Below, one piece after another: positions 40,057 through 49,016 of a stretch of 64,000 nt of DNA. The notes under the pieces were generated by a model. It was not told the DNA's origin, searched no databases, and saw only the letters and a list, made by a program, of their open reading frames with translations. The position numbers and the translations under genes were made by a program. How positions within the stretch are numbered: the stretch's first letter is position 1; the number at the start of each line of letters is the position of its first letter. Source of the stretch: an uncultured delta proteobacterium (GTDB lineage: Bacteria > Desulfobacterota > Binatia > Binatales > Binataceae); contig CAVQEQ010000004.1 of the NCBI GenBank assembly GCA_963711565.1, positions 1 to 64,000 of the forward strand, given 5' to 3'.

Positions 40057-40425
40057 ATGGAAAATTCAGACGAATCGTTGGTATCAAGACAGGTCGTTTG
40101 TGAAGAGACAATCGAAGACGGGATTATCGTCGAGGAGATTATCGAGCTCGAGGAATATGCCAAGGCGGATCGGCGTCCACCGCATGCTCGTGCCTATCTG
40201 ATTCGGGTCGATAAGCAGAAGATCACAGTGCATGTTCCAAAGATGACCGGACGCGAGATTCTCGAGAAAGCGGGCAAGATTCCTCCGAACAAGTACATTC
40301 TGCGCGAAGTGTTTAGGGGCGGCTCGTTGGAGAAGATAGAGCTAGACCAAATCGTTGATTTCCGCCGGCATGGAATCGAGAAATTCAAAACTATGCCGAA
40401 GACAGCGCAGGACGGCGGTCTGTGA
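40057..40425 (+). CDS. Multi-ubiquitin-family Ubl protein
   Basis: IRVDK..MTGREILEKAG..IEKFKT..QDGGL C-terminus. Confidence 0.85.
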   Translation: MENSDESLVSRQVVCEETIEDGIIVEEIIELEEYAKADRRPPHARAYLIRVDKQKITVHVPKMTGREILEKAGKIPPNKYILREVFRGGSLEKIELDQIVDFRRHGIEKFKTMPKTAQDGGL

Positions 40426-40832
40426 CCGAGCCGCGCCGGCAGTTCCGACTATCTGAATCCGACGAGGCATTCCTCGACCATCTCGGGTTCTGGTGGGAGA
40501 CGCTCATAGACGCACAACTACGGTGGCTGGTCATCCGCGAGTTTCTTTTACCTGCTGGTTACAATCGAGGCACTGCAAGCGTCGCGATCATGATCGCGCC
40601 CGGCTACCCTCCGGGACCGCTCGACATGGCGTATTTTCATCCGTGGTTAAGTCGAGTCGATTCGCGTCCGATTCCGTGCGCAAACACCGCCCAAATGATT
40701 GACGGTTTGAGCTGGCAGCGTTGGTCCCGACACAGAACGGCAGAAAATCCGTGGATCGAAGGCGAGGACGACCTCGCGAGCCATTTCCATTACATGGAAT
40801 CGTGGCTCGCAAACGAGTTGCAAAGGACCTGA
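40422..40832 (+). CDS. Prokaryotic E2 (family E-like)
   Basis: LPAGYN..GYPPGPLDM.YF.P..WQRWSRH..W. Confidence 0.85.
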   Translation: MTEPRRQFRLSESDEAFLDHLGFWWETLIDAQLRWLVIREFLLPAGYNRGTASVAIMIAPGYPPGPLDMAYFHPWLSRVDSRPIPCANTAQMIDGLSWQRWSRHRTAENPWIEGEDDLASHFHYMESWLANELQRT

Positions 40833-40834
40833 GA

Positions 40835-42238
40835 ATGAATGTGACGCTGAGTATGACGGGTGAGCAACACGCGCGATTGCAAGAACATCTGTTCCCGGCT
40901 GACGGAAAGGAAGCAGCAGCAATCATGTTGTGTGGCCGGCGCGCGGGTACGGACCGTCATCGTTTGCTCGTCAAGAACGTGCATTTGGTTCCTCACGAGT
41001 CCTGCACCGTGCGTTCGCCATTATCTATCGCGTGGCCGACCGATCTGATGGTGCCCTGGCTTGAACAAGCAAACCGTTCCGGACTCAGCGTGGTGAAGAT
41101 CCACAGTCACCCTGGCGACTACGCGCGCTTTTCGAACCAAGACGACCAGTCTGACGCTGATCTCTTCCCCTGCATCGACGGCTGGATCGAGTCCAGCGTC
41201 CCACACGCCAGCGTCATAATGCTGAGCGATGGCCGAATCTTCGGCCGGACGATCGATGCTGCTCAGAAGTTCACTCCGATCTCGACCGTCGCCGTGGTGG
41301 GTGACGACCTCCACCTGTGGCGCCCTGACGATTTTGCCGAAGGACGCGCAAAAGAGTCGCTCCCACTTTTCACCCAGCGACATGCACAGGCCTTTGGCGA
41401 AAGCACCACCAGAAGACTCCGCGGACTTTCAGCTGGGGTCGTTGGATGCTCAGGCACGGGCAGTATCGTGATTGAACAGCTGATGCGCCTGGGGATCGGC
41501 CGGTTGGTCCTAGTCGACGATGACGTGGTCAAGGACGTCAACCTAAATCGGATCTTAAATGCAACAGCGAACGATGCTGAGCATCGCCGCAAGAAAGTTA
41601 ACGTCAGCGCCGATGCGATCATACGCACGGGATTAGGTACGGTCGTCGAAAAGTATGCTACTAACCTTTACAATCCCGACACCGTGCGCGCGATTGCTGG
41701 ATGCGACGTCCTCTTCGGATGCGTGGATACCGCAGAAGGAAGGTTTCTTAGCAACCTCCTCGCCACGTTCTATCTCCTGCCGTATATCGACGTTGGCGTT
41801 GTCCTTGAGGCAGACGACCAAGGCGGCATCACTCAAGTATGTGGCTATGTACACTATCTGCAGCCCGGCCAGTCGAGCTTGCTGAGTCGCGAAGCTATAT
41901 CCATGGAGGACGTACGCGCTGAAGGGATTAAACGCCAGAATCCGAAGTATTACGAGGACCTGAAAAATGCAGGATACATTCGAAATGTGCAAGAGGAACG
42001 ACCGGCTGTCATTAGTGTCAACACAACGTTGGCCGGCATGGCGGTGAATGAATTACTGGCTCGACTACATGGATTCAGAGACGAACCTAATCGCAACTAT
42101 GCGACGATCGGCATCAGTATCAGCCAAGTCCTATTCTACTCAGAACCTGAATCAGGTCTGCCCTGCAAGGCAATGCATCCGCACGTGGGGCGCGGCGACG
42201 TCGTTCCACTGCTCCAGCAGGCCGAGTTGAGCGAATAG
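40835..42238 (+). CDS. JAB-like peptidase + ThiF/E1 fusion
   Basis: E..IHSHP..FS..DD N-terminal domain; VGCSGTGS, DDD..NLNRI, CVD..GR, PAVISVN. Confidence 0.88.
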   Translation: MNVTLSMTGEQHARLQEHLFPADGKEAAAIMLCGRRAGTDRHRLLVKNVHLVPHESCTVRSPLSIAWPTDLMVPWLEQANRSGLSVVKIHSHPGDYARFSNQDDQSDADLFPCIDGWIESSVPHASVIMLSDGRIFGRTIDAAQKFTPISTVAVVGDDLHLWRPDDFAEGRAKESLPLFTQRHAQAFGESTTRRLRGLSAGVVGCSGTGSIVIEQLMRLGIGRLVLVDDDVVKDVNLNRILNATANDAEHRRKKVNVSADAIIRTGLGTVVEKYATNLYNPDTVRAIAGCDVLFGCVDTAEGRFLSNLLATFYLLPYIDVGVVLEADDQGGITQVCGYVHYLQPGQSSLLSREAISMEDVRAEGIKRQNPKYYEDLKNAGYIRNVQEERPAVISVNTTLAGMAVNELLARLHGFRDEPNRNYATIGISISQVLFYSEPESGLPCKAMHPHVGRGDVVPLLQQAELSE

Positions 42239-42240
42239 AC

Positions 42241-42594
42241 ATGGCTGCGAGGCTGTTTAGTCGAACCTTATCAGCGCTAGCCACACTATGGGCCTACCTT
42301 ACTCGTGGGGTCGCTGAAACCCGATTCAGATCGCTCTACGTCGAGGAGCTTCCAGAAAGCCTACAAGAACGAACGCTTTATATTGTATCGGAGAAAGGCA
42401 CGGACACTTACGCTGCGCTCGCCTGCCCAAAGGGCTGCGAAATCAACTTGAACATGAACCTCCTTCCCGACGACTGCCCGCGTTGGAGGCTCGACCATTA
42501 TGAGGATGGGGTTCCGTCGCTGCATCCCTCGGTGAGGCGGATCGAGTGTGGATGCCATTTCTGGCTGCGTCGCGGAAAACTGATCTGGTGTTGA
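42241..42594 (+). CDS. DUF6527-like Cys/His protein
   Basis: CPKGC..LNL..W..SLHPSV..CGCHFWLRRG..W. Confidence 0.75.
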   Translation: MAARLFSRTLSALATLWAYLTRGVAETRFRSLYVEELPESLQERTLYIVSEKGTDTYAALACPKGCEINLNMNLLPDDCPRWRLDHYEDGVPSLHPSVRRIECGCHFWLRRGKLIWC

Positions 42595-42640
42595 GGTTTT
42601 TATTACGAATCGACCAACTGTGGATACCTCGATAACTTGG

Positions 42641-42672
42641 ACTTGACTTCAAGTCAGATATCCGGCCAGAAT
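42641..42672 (+). promoter_or_regulatory. Candidate sigma70 promoter/operator of the Argonaute operon
   Basis: TTGACT (42643) inside the palindrome TGACTT-c-AAGTCA; CAGAAT 18 bp later; no RBS before ATG 42680. Confidence 0.45.
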
Positions 42673-42679
42673 AAGAATT

Positions 42680-43057
42680 ATGGACGGCAGACTCGGCAAG
42701 AAAATCCGGGAGTTGCGACTCAAGAAAGGGGCCACCCAAGAAGAGCTCGCAGCCGAGGTAGGTGTCGATGGCACCTACATCTCCAAAATAGAGAAAGACC
42801 GTTTGCCTTACTCGCCCTCAGCAGAAACCCTCAGGCTGATAGCCAAGGCTTTGGACTCTGATGCTCTAGACCTCTTCTCGCTCGCTCAACGAACACCGCC
42901 TGAGCTGCAGGGCTTTCTCACTACGCCCCACGCCACCGACCTTCTACGCCTCTTGGGCCGAAGTGACCTCAGCAAGAGAGACTGGAAGGCCGTCAAAGAA
43001 TTCGTGGAGGAGCGCGTAGCCGCCACTGAAGCAAAGGCGGTGAAGAACCGCAAATGA
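42680..43057 (+). CDS. XRE-family HTH regulator
   Basis: LGKKIRELR..TQEELA..TYISKIEKD..PS. Confidence 0.9.
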   Translation: MDGRLGKKIRELRLKKGATQEELAAEVGVDGTYISKIEKDRLPYSPSAETLRLIAKALDSDALDLFSLAQRTPPELQGFLTTPHATDLLRLLGRSDLSKRDWKAVKEFVEERVAATEAKAVKNRK

Positions 43058-44016
43058 TAGTCTCGAGCTTCTCCTCGGACGCCATTCTCAGGATCTGCGA
43101 ACGCCGCTGGTTCCTTGGAAGCGTCGTCGCTCACCCGACTGCGAAGAAGGATCCACTCCGCCGTGAGGCTCATGTATTGCGGCAATTGATGCACCCTCAG
43201 GCATGGGCGGGCAGGACGGTCCATACGATTATTGAACAACTGGTTCTTCCGGCAGTTCAAAAAGGGAAATTGCCTGAAACCTGCGAATTGATTGCTTACT
43301 CTCAGGACTTGTTGAAACGGCAAGCCGAATTTTCGAGGCAACGACTATACCGCACGGTTTCCAAGAGCCGCGCGGGCGACCAATTCTGCGCCCTTTTTCA
43401 GGATGAATACGGTCAGGGTCTCAGCCCAGCCGAACTGCAGGAAGTCGAAGAGCGCGTCCGAGTTTCGCTGGCGAATGTCGCGAAACTTGGAAGTCTTTGG
43501 TCTGAAGTACGAACTTCGCAACGTGTTTTGCCGGAGAACTCATTCCGGATCATTTTGGAGGGTGCGACACTCGAAGCCAAACCTGATTTAGTCTTTCTCT
43601 CTCAAGGCGGCACGACGATCGTTGATTGGAAATGCTGGGCATCGCTTACGGCGGATCCCTCGGAACAATTGCGATTCTACGCCTATCTCCTCGCGCGATA
43701 CTGGAACACCCGTAACTTGAAAGCGAAGGATTTTCGTCTACTGGCGGTCAACTTGTTGGCCGGTTCAACCACTCGCGTCGAGTGCTCCGACGACGATCTG
43801 GATCTGTCGGATGATCGAGTAACAGAATTTCTCGAGCGGGCGCGGAATATTATCGACGGACGCTCCTGGTCACAGATCGATCTCCGCGCCCTATACGGAC
43901 CTCGCAATCCCGAGACTTGCGAAAGGTGTAAATTCCGCGGTGTATGCCGCGACGCTCTGCCTGCATCAGATGCCGTTTCGGCACCTAAGGAGGGAACCCT
44001 ATGGCTGTTCTCTTGA
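43054..44016 (+). CDS. Cas4/AddB-like PD-(D/E)XK nuclease with 4-Cys Fe-S staple
   Basis: SFSS..CERR, GRTVH, PDL..IVDWK, QLRFYA, CERCKFRGVC. Confidence 0.88.
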   Translation: MIVSSFSSDAILRICERRWFLGSVVAHPTAKKDPLRREAHVLRQLMHPQAWAGRTVHTIIEQLVLPAVQKGKLPETCELIAYSQDLLKRQAEFSRQRLYRTVSKSRAGDQFCALFQDEYGQGLSPAELQEVEERVRVSLANVAKLGSLWSEVRTSQRVLPENSFRIILEGATLEAKPDLVFLSQGGTTIVDWKCWASLTADPSEQLRFYAYLLARYWNTRNLKAKDFRLLAVNLLAGSTTRVECSDDDLDLSDDRVTEFLERARNIIDGRSWSQIDLRALYGPRNPETCERCKFRGVCRDALPASDAVSAPKEGTLWLFS

Positions 44017-46304
44017 CTAACACTTTTCGCATCCCCTTGCTCGATACGCTGACGGTTCCGTATAGCTGGGTCCGCTTCGACGGCTTACAAGTGACTGACG
44101 TGGAGTATGACGAAAACGTATCGCTGCTCGCCACTATACTGGGCCGAAAACTCCAGGCGCCAGTCGCTCCTGTCTGGCGAGATGAACAACAGTTGCTGGC
44201 TGTCGCGAGCACCGGCGCTACTTTACCTGAGAAAGTCAACCTGCGCGGGGCAGTCACTAAGCTCTCTCCCGAGTCCGAGACTCGCACGCTTCGCCTTGCA
44301 GGCGGCACACTACTAGAGCAGCAAGTTGCAAAGAAATTTCTTAGATGGGAGCTTCGTAGCGCTTTCTACCACGACCGACGCTTTTGGGAACATTATGGTC
44401 GGCAGGCGGAGCGCGTCCCCATGGTCATCGATGGCTACAATGGCCCGGTCGGCCTGCACCGAACGCTCGCATACGGCTTCGTTCCAACTGATGACGGTCG
44501 CTTTGAGCTATCCGTAGAGGTCGGCCTTTGCTATTTGGCTCGACGTTCGCTTCATGAAACGAGTGATCTTCAGCGTTTGAATGAACTCAAGTTTGAACGA
44601 TGCCTCTACAAACTCGGCTTGGACTGGTACGTGGTCGATGTTTCTGGACCGACGCGGAGAATTGTTGAAATTGAATTCTTCGATGACGACGTTAACAAGG
44701 TTGTGGGGCTGAGATCATTCATTCAGCATCGTTGGAGCGGAAAGGGCATTCCGCAAGTGGATGCGCTATCAGATGGAGCGCCAGCTCTCTACTACAAGAA
44801 GCCACAAGGACAGAACCGTTGGGCTCCGGCTTCATTGCTCTATCCTGTGTATTCGACTGACAGTCCGGAGGGTGCCGAAGTGCACCGGCGTGCGATCTCA
44901 GCGCCGCATTTCAGACGCAAGAATATTGAACGCGCCGTTCAAACTGTTTTCGCTGGCAAAAAGATCTTTGGTCAGCCGATGCGCGTTGAGCCGATTATGC
45001 GACAGCTCCCCGAGATGACAGCTCCCCTGCCTCGACTAGCATTTGGAGGCGATACGGAGCTCACGCTCACTTACGACAACATTGCCGATGCCAGGTGGGA
45101 CGCACTCAGGGCTCCGGGCGTTGGACCGCATGTAAAGACTCCGTTTGACCCTCAGTACGCTGTAGTGCCATCTAGCATGCCTGCGCGCATGACGGCCGAC
45201 GCCCTCCTCAAGCTCGACTTCCAAGTCCAAAAGATCTATTCGACATCGTACAAACCTAAGATCCTACTCTACGACGATCGCTCGCCCAGGCTGTCAGATC
45301 AACTTCGCGAGATCACGAGCTGCTTAAAGGGTCTTTCCGGGTACGCACTCGTCGTGTTACCAAAAACCCCCAACCCCAAACTCTATACGCACTTGAAGCG
45401 TCGACTTACCGACCTGAACATCCAATCACAATTTGCCAAGGCTAGCGCAATCGGCAGTTTTTACCACTTTGACGGACGGGGAAGCTGGACAGTTCCCGAG
45501 GCCTTGCAAAGCCGATATGCATCCTACATGCGCCATCTCGCACTCGGCGTTCTCGCCGTGAACCGAAAATGGCTATGGCGCCTCGCGGACGGGACTCTCA
45601 GTCAGCAGGCCTACATCGGTATCAACGTCCTAAAAGGGACGGCCGTGTTCACATTCCTCTATGCGGACGGGAGCGATATATACTTTCAGATCGAGAAGTC
45701 CGGCCGACAAGAGAGGCTATCCAGAGATCTGGTCCGTAACCTTCTGTTGGATCGTGTTCCTAAAGATATTGAGCGCCTTGGACTCACTGAGCTCTCTTGC
45801 ATTGTAATTTATCGAGACGGGAAGCTTTGCACTTCCGAGCGCCTCGCGCTGAAGGACGTCGCGCAACAGCTAATCGCGAAACGGGCAGTGCACGAAGATT
45901 TTGCCTTTAAGGTGATCGAGGTTCACAAGAGCAGTGCGTATCATCCTCGCCTCTTCGCAGAGCAAAACGGGCGCACCTACAACCCCCGAATGGGTACCTA
46001 TCGAATAATCCGCGATGCGGAAGCAATCCTCTGCACAACGGGAGAGCCGCTTCTTAGGCAGGGAACTGCTGACCCCGTACATCTTGTGTCGGTGCTGGGC
46101 CAGCTAAACACCTTCGATGTCGTCGACTTTAATGCTCTCAGCCATCTGGGATTCACCTCGCCGGCCGCCTGCCATCGGCTTGCGTTTCCGCTTGCGCTTG
46201 CCGACCACATACTTCGCGAACGGCAGCCTGAGCGCGCCGAGGAGCAGCCCTGGGACGATGAGCTCGATACGGCTGCTGAACTGCACGGCGCGCAGAGCCG
46301 TTAG
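44001..46304 (+). CDS. Long prokaryotic Argonaute (MID-PIWI), slicer tetrad probably defective
   Basis: MID YTHLK..IQSQ; PIWI YIGINV, IYRDG, IEVHKS, GTADPV, LSH..FPLALAD; 767 aa. Confidence 0.88.
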   Translation: MAVLLTNTFRIPLLDTLTVPYSWVRFDGLQVTDVEYDENVSLLATILGRKLQAPVAPVWRDEQQLLAVASTGATLPEKVNLRGAVTKLSPESETRTLRLAGGTLLEQQVAKKFLRWELRSAFYHDRRFWEHYGRQAERVPMVIDGYNGPVGLHRTLAYGFVPTDDGRFELSVEVGLCYLARRSLHETSDLQRLNELKFERCLYKLGLDWYVVDVSGPTRRIVEIEFFDDDVNKVVGLRSFIQHRWSGKGIPQVDALSDGAPALYYKKPQGQNRWAPASLLYPVYSTDSPEGAEVHRRAISAPHFRRKNIERAVQTVFAGKKIFGQPMRVEPIMRQLPEMTAPLPRLAFGGDTELTLTYDNIADARWDALRAPGVGPHVKTPFDPQYAVVPSSMPARMTADALLKLDFQVQKIYSTSYKPKILLYDDRSPRLSDQLREITSCLKGLSGYALVVLPKTPNPKLYTHLKRRLTDLNIQSQFAKASAIGSFYHFDGRGSWTVPEALQSRYASYMRHLALGVLAVNRKWLWRLADGTLSQQAYIGINVLKGTAVFTFLYADGSDIYFQIEKSGRQERLSRDLVRNLLLDRVPKDIERLGLTELSCIVIYRDGKLCTSERLALKDVAQQLIAKRAVHEDFAFKVIEVHKSSAYHPRLFAEQNGRTYNPRMGTYRIIRDAEAILCTTGEPLLRQGTADPVHLVSVLGQLNTFDVVDFNALSHLGFTSPAACHRLAFPLALADHILRERQPERAEEQPWDDELDTAAELHGAQSR

Positions 46305-46316
46305 GAGTATGCGAAT

Positions 46317-46718
46317 ATGAGTACTACAGCTCAAGTTTATTCGAACTTCAAGACCGTTACAGATCTGTTGACCAGATTGAACGGGGCGCTCATTACCGCC
46401 AAACGGGTGGTCCTGCGTTCCGCTCCCCCACCTGAGAAGGACGCGATCGCTGAAGCGACGAGTGTGCTGACTGAGTTTTTGTCTCAACAAAGTGCTGACG
46501 ACGCCAATCGCGGCATCAGCCAACGATCTCGCGTATTCTTCCAAGCGGGAAGCAGTCGGGGTTTTAGCCTGAACCTCGAGGAGTCCGCTGGATGCCTTGC
46601 ACGGCTGCAGAAGGGCTTAACCGCCCTGGAAGCGCGAGACTTGGAGTTTCTGGAAAGAGTTGCACGCCAACTTGATCAGTCGTCGGAAAATCTCTATCGA
46701 CAAATGGCCCGAGTGTGA
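46317..46718 (+). CDS. Small alpha-helical hypothetical protein
   Basis: AGGAG RBS, 12 bp after pAgo, GTGA overlap with the next gene. Confidence 0.75.
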   Translation: MSTTAQVYSNFKTVTDLLTRLNGALITAKRVVLRSAPPPEKDAIAEATSVLTEFLSQQSADDANRGISQRSRVFFQAGSSRGFSLNLEESAGCLARLQKGLTALEARDLEFLERVARQLDQSSENLYRQMARV

Positions 46719-47797
46719 ACCGTCTCCTACGTGGCGCACTCGTCGCGTTGGTGCAGCGACTCTCTTGTATCGACGATCTGCTTCGCCCTGCGGAATCCAC
46801 CGCGCGCCTCAAGGACCGCTGCCAAGCGGTTCGTGTCATACTCGACAAGTATCGTCGCGACGTCGGACAGGCCTTGGCTTTGCTCGACAGTGCTCCGGCG
46901 CTGATCGACGACCTCACCCGTCAGTACAACGTCACTGCACGAAGTGTATATCTCGTTGAACAGTTCGTGGCGGGTCCGCTGTCGAGATTCTCTTCGCAAG
47001 ACGAAACAATTTCGAAGCTTTGCGAGCGTATCTGCCGCGAAATCAAAGTCACCGATATTCCGATTGTGCTTACCACAGGGAACCAGTATTTTGCCGCGCT
47101 CCCTGATCACGGTCTGATCTTTTCGCCTCCCACCGAATATCGGCTGCTCCTTAACCTACCGGACCTCTATCACGAGCTCGCTCATCACCTCGATGAGCGC
47201 GGTAGCCCTCTTGTAGGTTCTCGCTTTGAACAGGCAGTGGATACTTACGAACAGCAAATCGAAGATGAAATCCAGCGCCTTTCGCGGCCCATCAACGTTC
47301 AGGAATTTCGGGGATGGTTGTTGTGCTGGCGAAACTGGTCACACGAAGTGGCAGCTGACGCGTTCGCTACATTACTTGTAGGCCCCGCTTACGCCTGGGC
47401 GAACTTCCATCTTATGCTTCGAGTGCGGACGATCTTTGGTTACACCGAAACCCATCCGGCCGACGCAGCGCGAATGGAGTTCATACTGCGTATTCTGAAA
47501 TCAAATCCGCGGTTCTCAGGCGACTTTCAACTGATTCGGCAGAAATGGCAGGCTTACCTAGATCTACGCCACCCAGATCCACCACATTTATACAATTTGC
47601 TCCATCCGCCACAATTATTTACGGCCGTTTTAGACGATGTGCGCTCCGCACTGGAAGAACATCATTTCAAAGCAGACCCTCTCGCTTGCGGCACAATTAC
47701 ACACCTCTTGAACGAAGCTTGGCGAAGACTTTTGACGAATCCGCGTGATTACAATTCTTGGGAAATGGATACGGTTGCTTTGATTTCGAATTCATAG
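46715..47797 (+). CDS. HEXXH zinc metallopeptidase-like protein
   Basis: YHELAHH, EVAADAFA..GPAY, THP..R (gluzincin-like), helical N-terminus. Confidence 0.75.
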   Translation: MNRLLRGALVALVQRLSCIDDLLRPAESTARLKDRCQAVRVILDKYRRDVGQALALLDSAPALIDDLTRQYNVTARSVYLVEQFVAGPLSRFSSQDETISKLCERICREIKVTDIPIVLTTGNQYFAALPDHGLIFSPPTEYRLLLNLPDLYHELAHHLDERGSPLVGSRFEQAVDTYEQQIEDEIQRLSRPINVQEFRGWLLCWRNWSHEVAADAFATLLVGPAYAWANFHLMLRVRTIFGYTETHPADAARMEFILRILKSNPRFSGDFQLIRQKWQAYLDLRHPDPPHLYNLLHPPQLFTAVLDDVRSALEEHHFKADPLACGTITHLLNEAWRRLLTNPRDYNSWEMDTVALISNS

Positions 47798-48170
47798 ACT
47801 CAAGAAATCCCACTTACGCCGACGGGTGAAGAGGCGCGCCAACTACGATCTTTTCGCGGCTATCCCGAGCCTCACAATTTCTTTTGAGCCGACTGACTTG
47901 TACCTACCGCCTTGAGCTGCGGATCGACGCCGAGATTTGAAATCCCCCATCCTGTTTCTGCAATAGAACCATTCTGCCCTCGGCTTATGGGCACGCGGCA
48001 CTTCGCTGTGAGCCGCCCCGCGAGCGCTCCGTAAACTCCGCGTCGCGGCTCCACACCACATCCCAACCCCGCCTGCGATCTCCGCTTCGCCGCCGCTCTC
48101 ATTGGTGGCGTTCTCTGCGCTAGCACGCCGCGCCAGCCCTTCGGGCCGCTTTCGCTCTGACACGTCCTGC

Positions 48171-48298
48171 CGCCCGCTCCGCTCGCGCATCTGGAATCTG
48201 CGCTGGGACCTCCAGTTCGGGTTGAGAGGTCCCCGCGAAAAATGTTGCGCGGGAATGAAAACACGAAGCACGCCCTGCCGCAGGAGCGGAAGCGGGCG
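48171..48298 (+). promoter_or_regulatory. Long-range inverted repeat, Frpo-like ssDNA promoter candidate
   Basis: CGCCCGCTCCGCTC (48171-84) pairs with GAGCGGAAGCGGGCG (48284-98), directly before the RBS of the leading-region genes. Confidence 0.5.
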
Positions 48299-48314
48299 AA
48301 AGGAGCAAACGACA

Positions 48315-48524
48315 ATGAGACGAAGGTTCAAATGCGATCCCAAGTGGATCACCGCCCGGTATCCGGCGAAATGCGCCGAGCCGAATTGCCAGACGGGAAT
48401 CAATTCCGGCGAGCGAGCGTTCTACTACCCCAGCGATAAGGCCCTTTACGGCACTCGTTGCGGTCACGGCGAAAAGGCCGAACGCGACTTTAACGCCCAC
48501 CGGATCGACGAAGACGGATTCTAA
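48315..48524 (+). CDS. Small Cys-containing leading-region protein
   Basis: AAGGAG RBS; ARY..C....C...I..GE..C. Confidence 0.65.
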   Translation: MRRRFKCDPKWITARYPAKCAEPNCQTGINSGERAFYYPSDKALYGTRCGHGEKAERDFNAHRIDEDGF

Positions 48525-48557
48525 ATCAAACAGCAAAAAGAATTGGAGGTAAGTGTC

Positions 48558-48941
48558 ATGTCTATCAACAAAGCAATCGTGGTCGGAAATCTGGGCCGTG
48601 ATCCCGAGGTTCGCGCACTGCCGTCAGGGCAGAACGTGGCGAATTTCTCGCTGGCGACGACCGAGCGTTTCACGGATCGGAGCGGTACCAAGCAGCAGCG
48701 TACCGAATGGCATCGCGTGGTCGCATTCGGACCGCTTGCGGATACGTGCCAACGGTTCTTGAGCAAAGGCCGTCAGGTTTATATCGAGGGTCGGCTCACT
48801 ACCCGCCAGTACGAAGCGAAGGACGGAAGCGGCACGCGCTATCGAACCGAAATCGTCGCCCTGCAAATGCGTTTGCTAGGGAATCGGAAGAACGGTAGCG
48901 CCGCGCCGAAAGCAGAGGCATCCGACGACATCCCGTTTTAG
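48558..48941 (+). CDS. ssb: Single-stranded DNA-binding protein
   Basis: INKAIVVGNLGRDPE, TEWHRV, KGRQVYIEG-L, DDIPF tail. Confidence 0.97.
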   Translation: MSINKAIVVGNLGRDPEVRALPSGQNVANFSLATTERFTDRSGTKQQRTEWHRVVAFGPLADTCQRFLSKGRQVYIEGRLTTRQYEAKDGSGTRYRTEIVALQMRLLGNRKNGSAAPKAEASDDIPF

Positions 48942-49016
48942 TTCCCACCACGCGACGGGAGAGCCGCGAAAGCGGTTCTCCCTCAATTATTCAAATCACA
49001 ATCGGAGACTACGGAA

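Noticed and set aside
43054-44016. Cas4-like gene as a sign of CRISPR-Cas
   Set aside because: No cas1/cas2 and no repeat-spacer array seen anywhere in the window.
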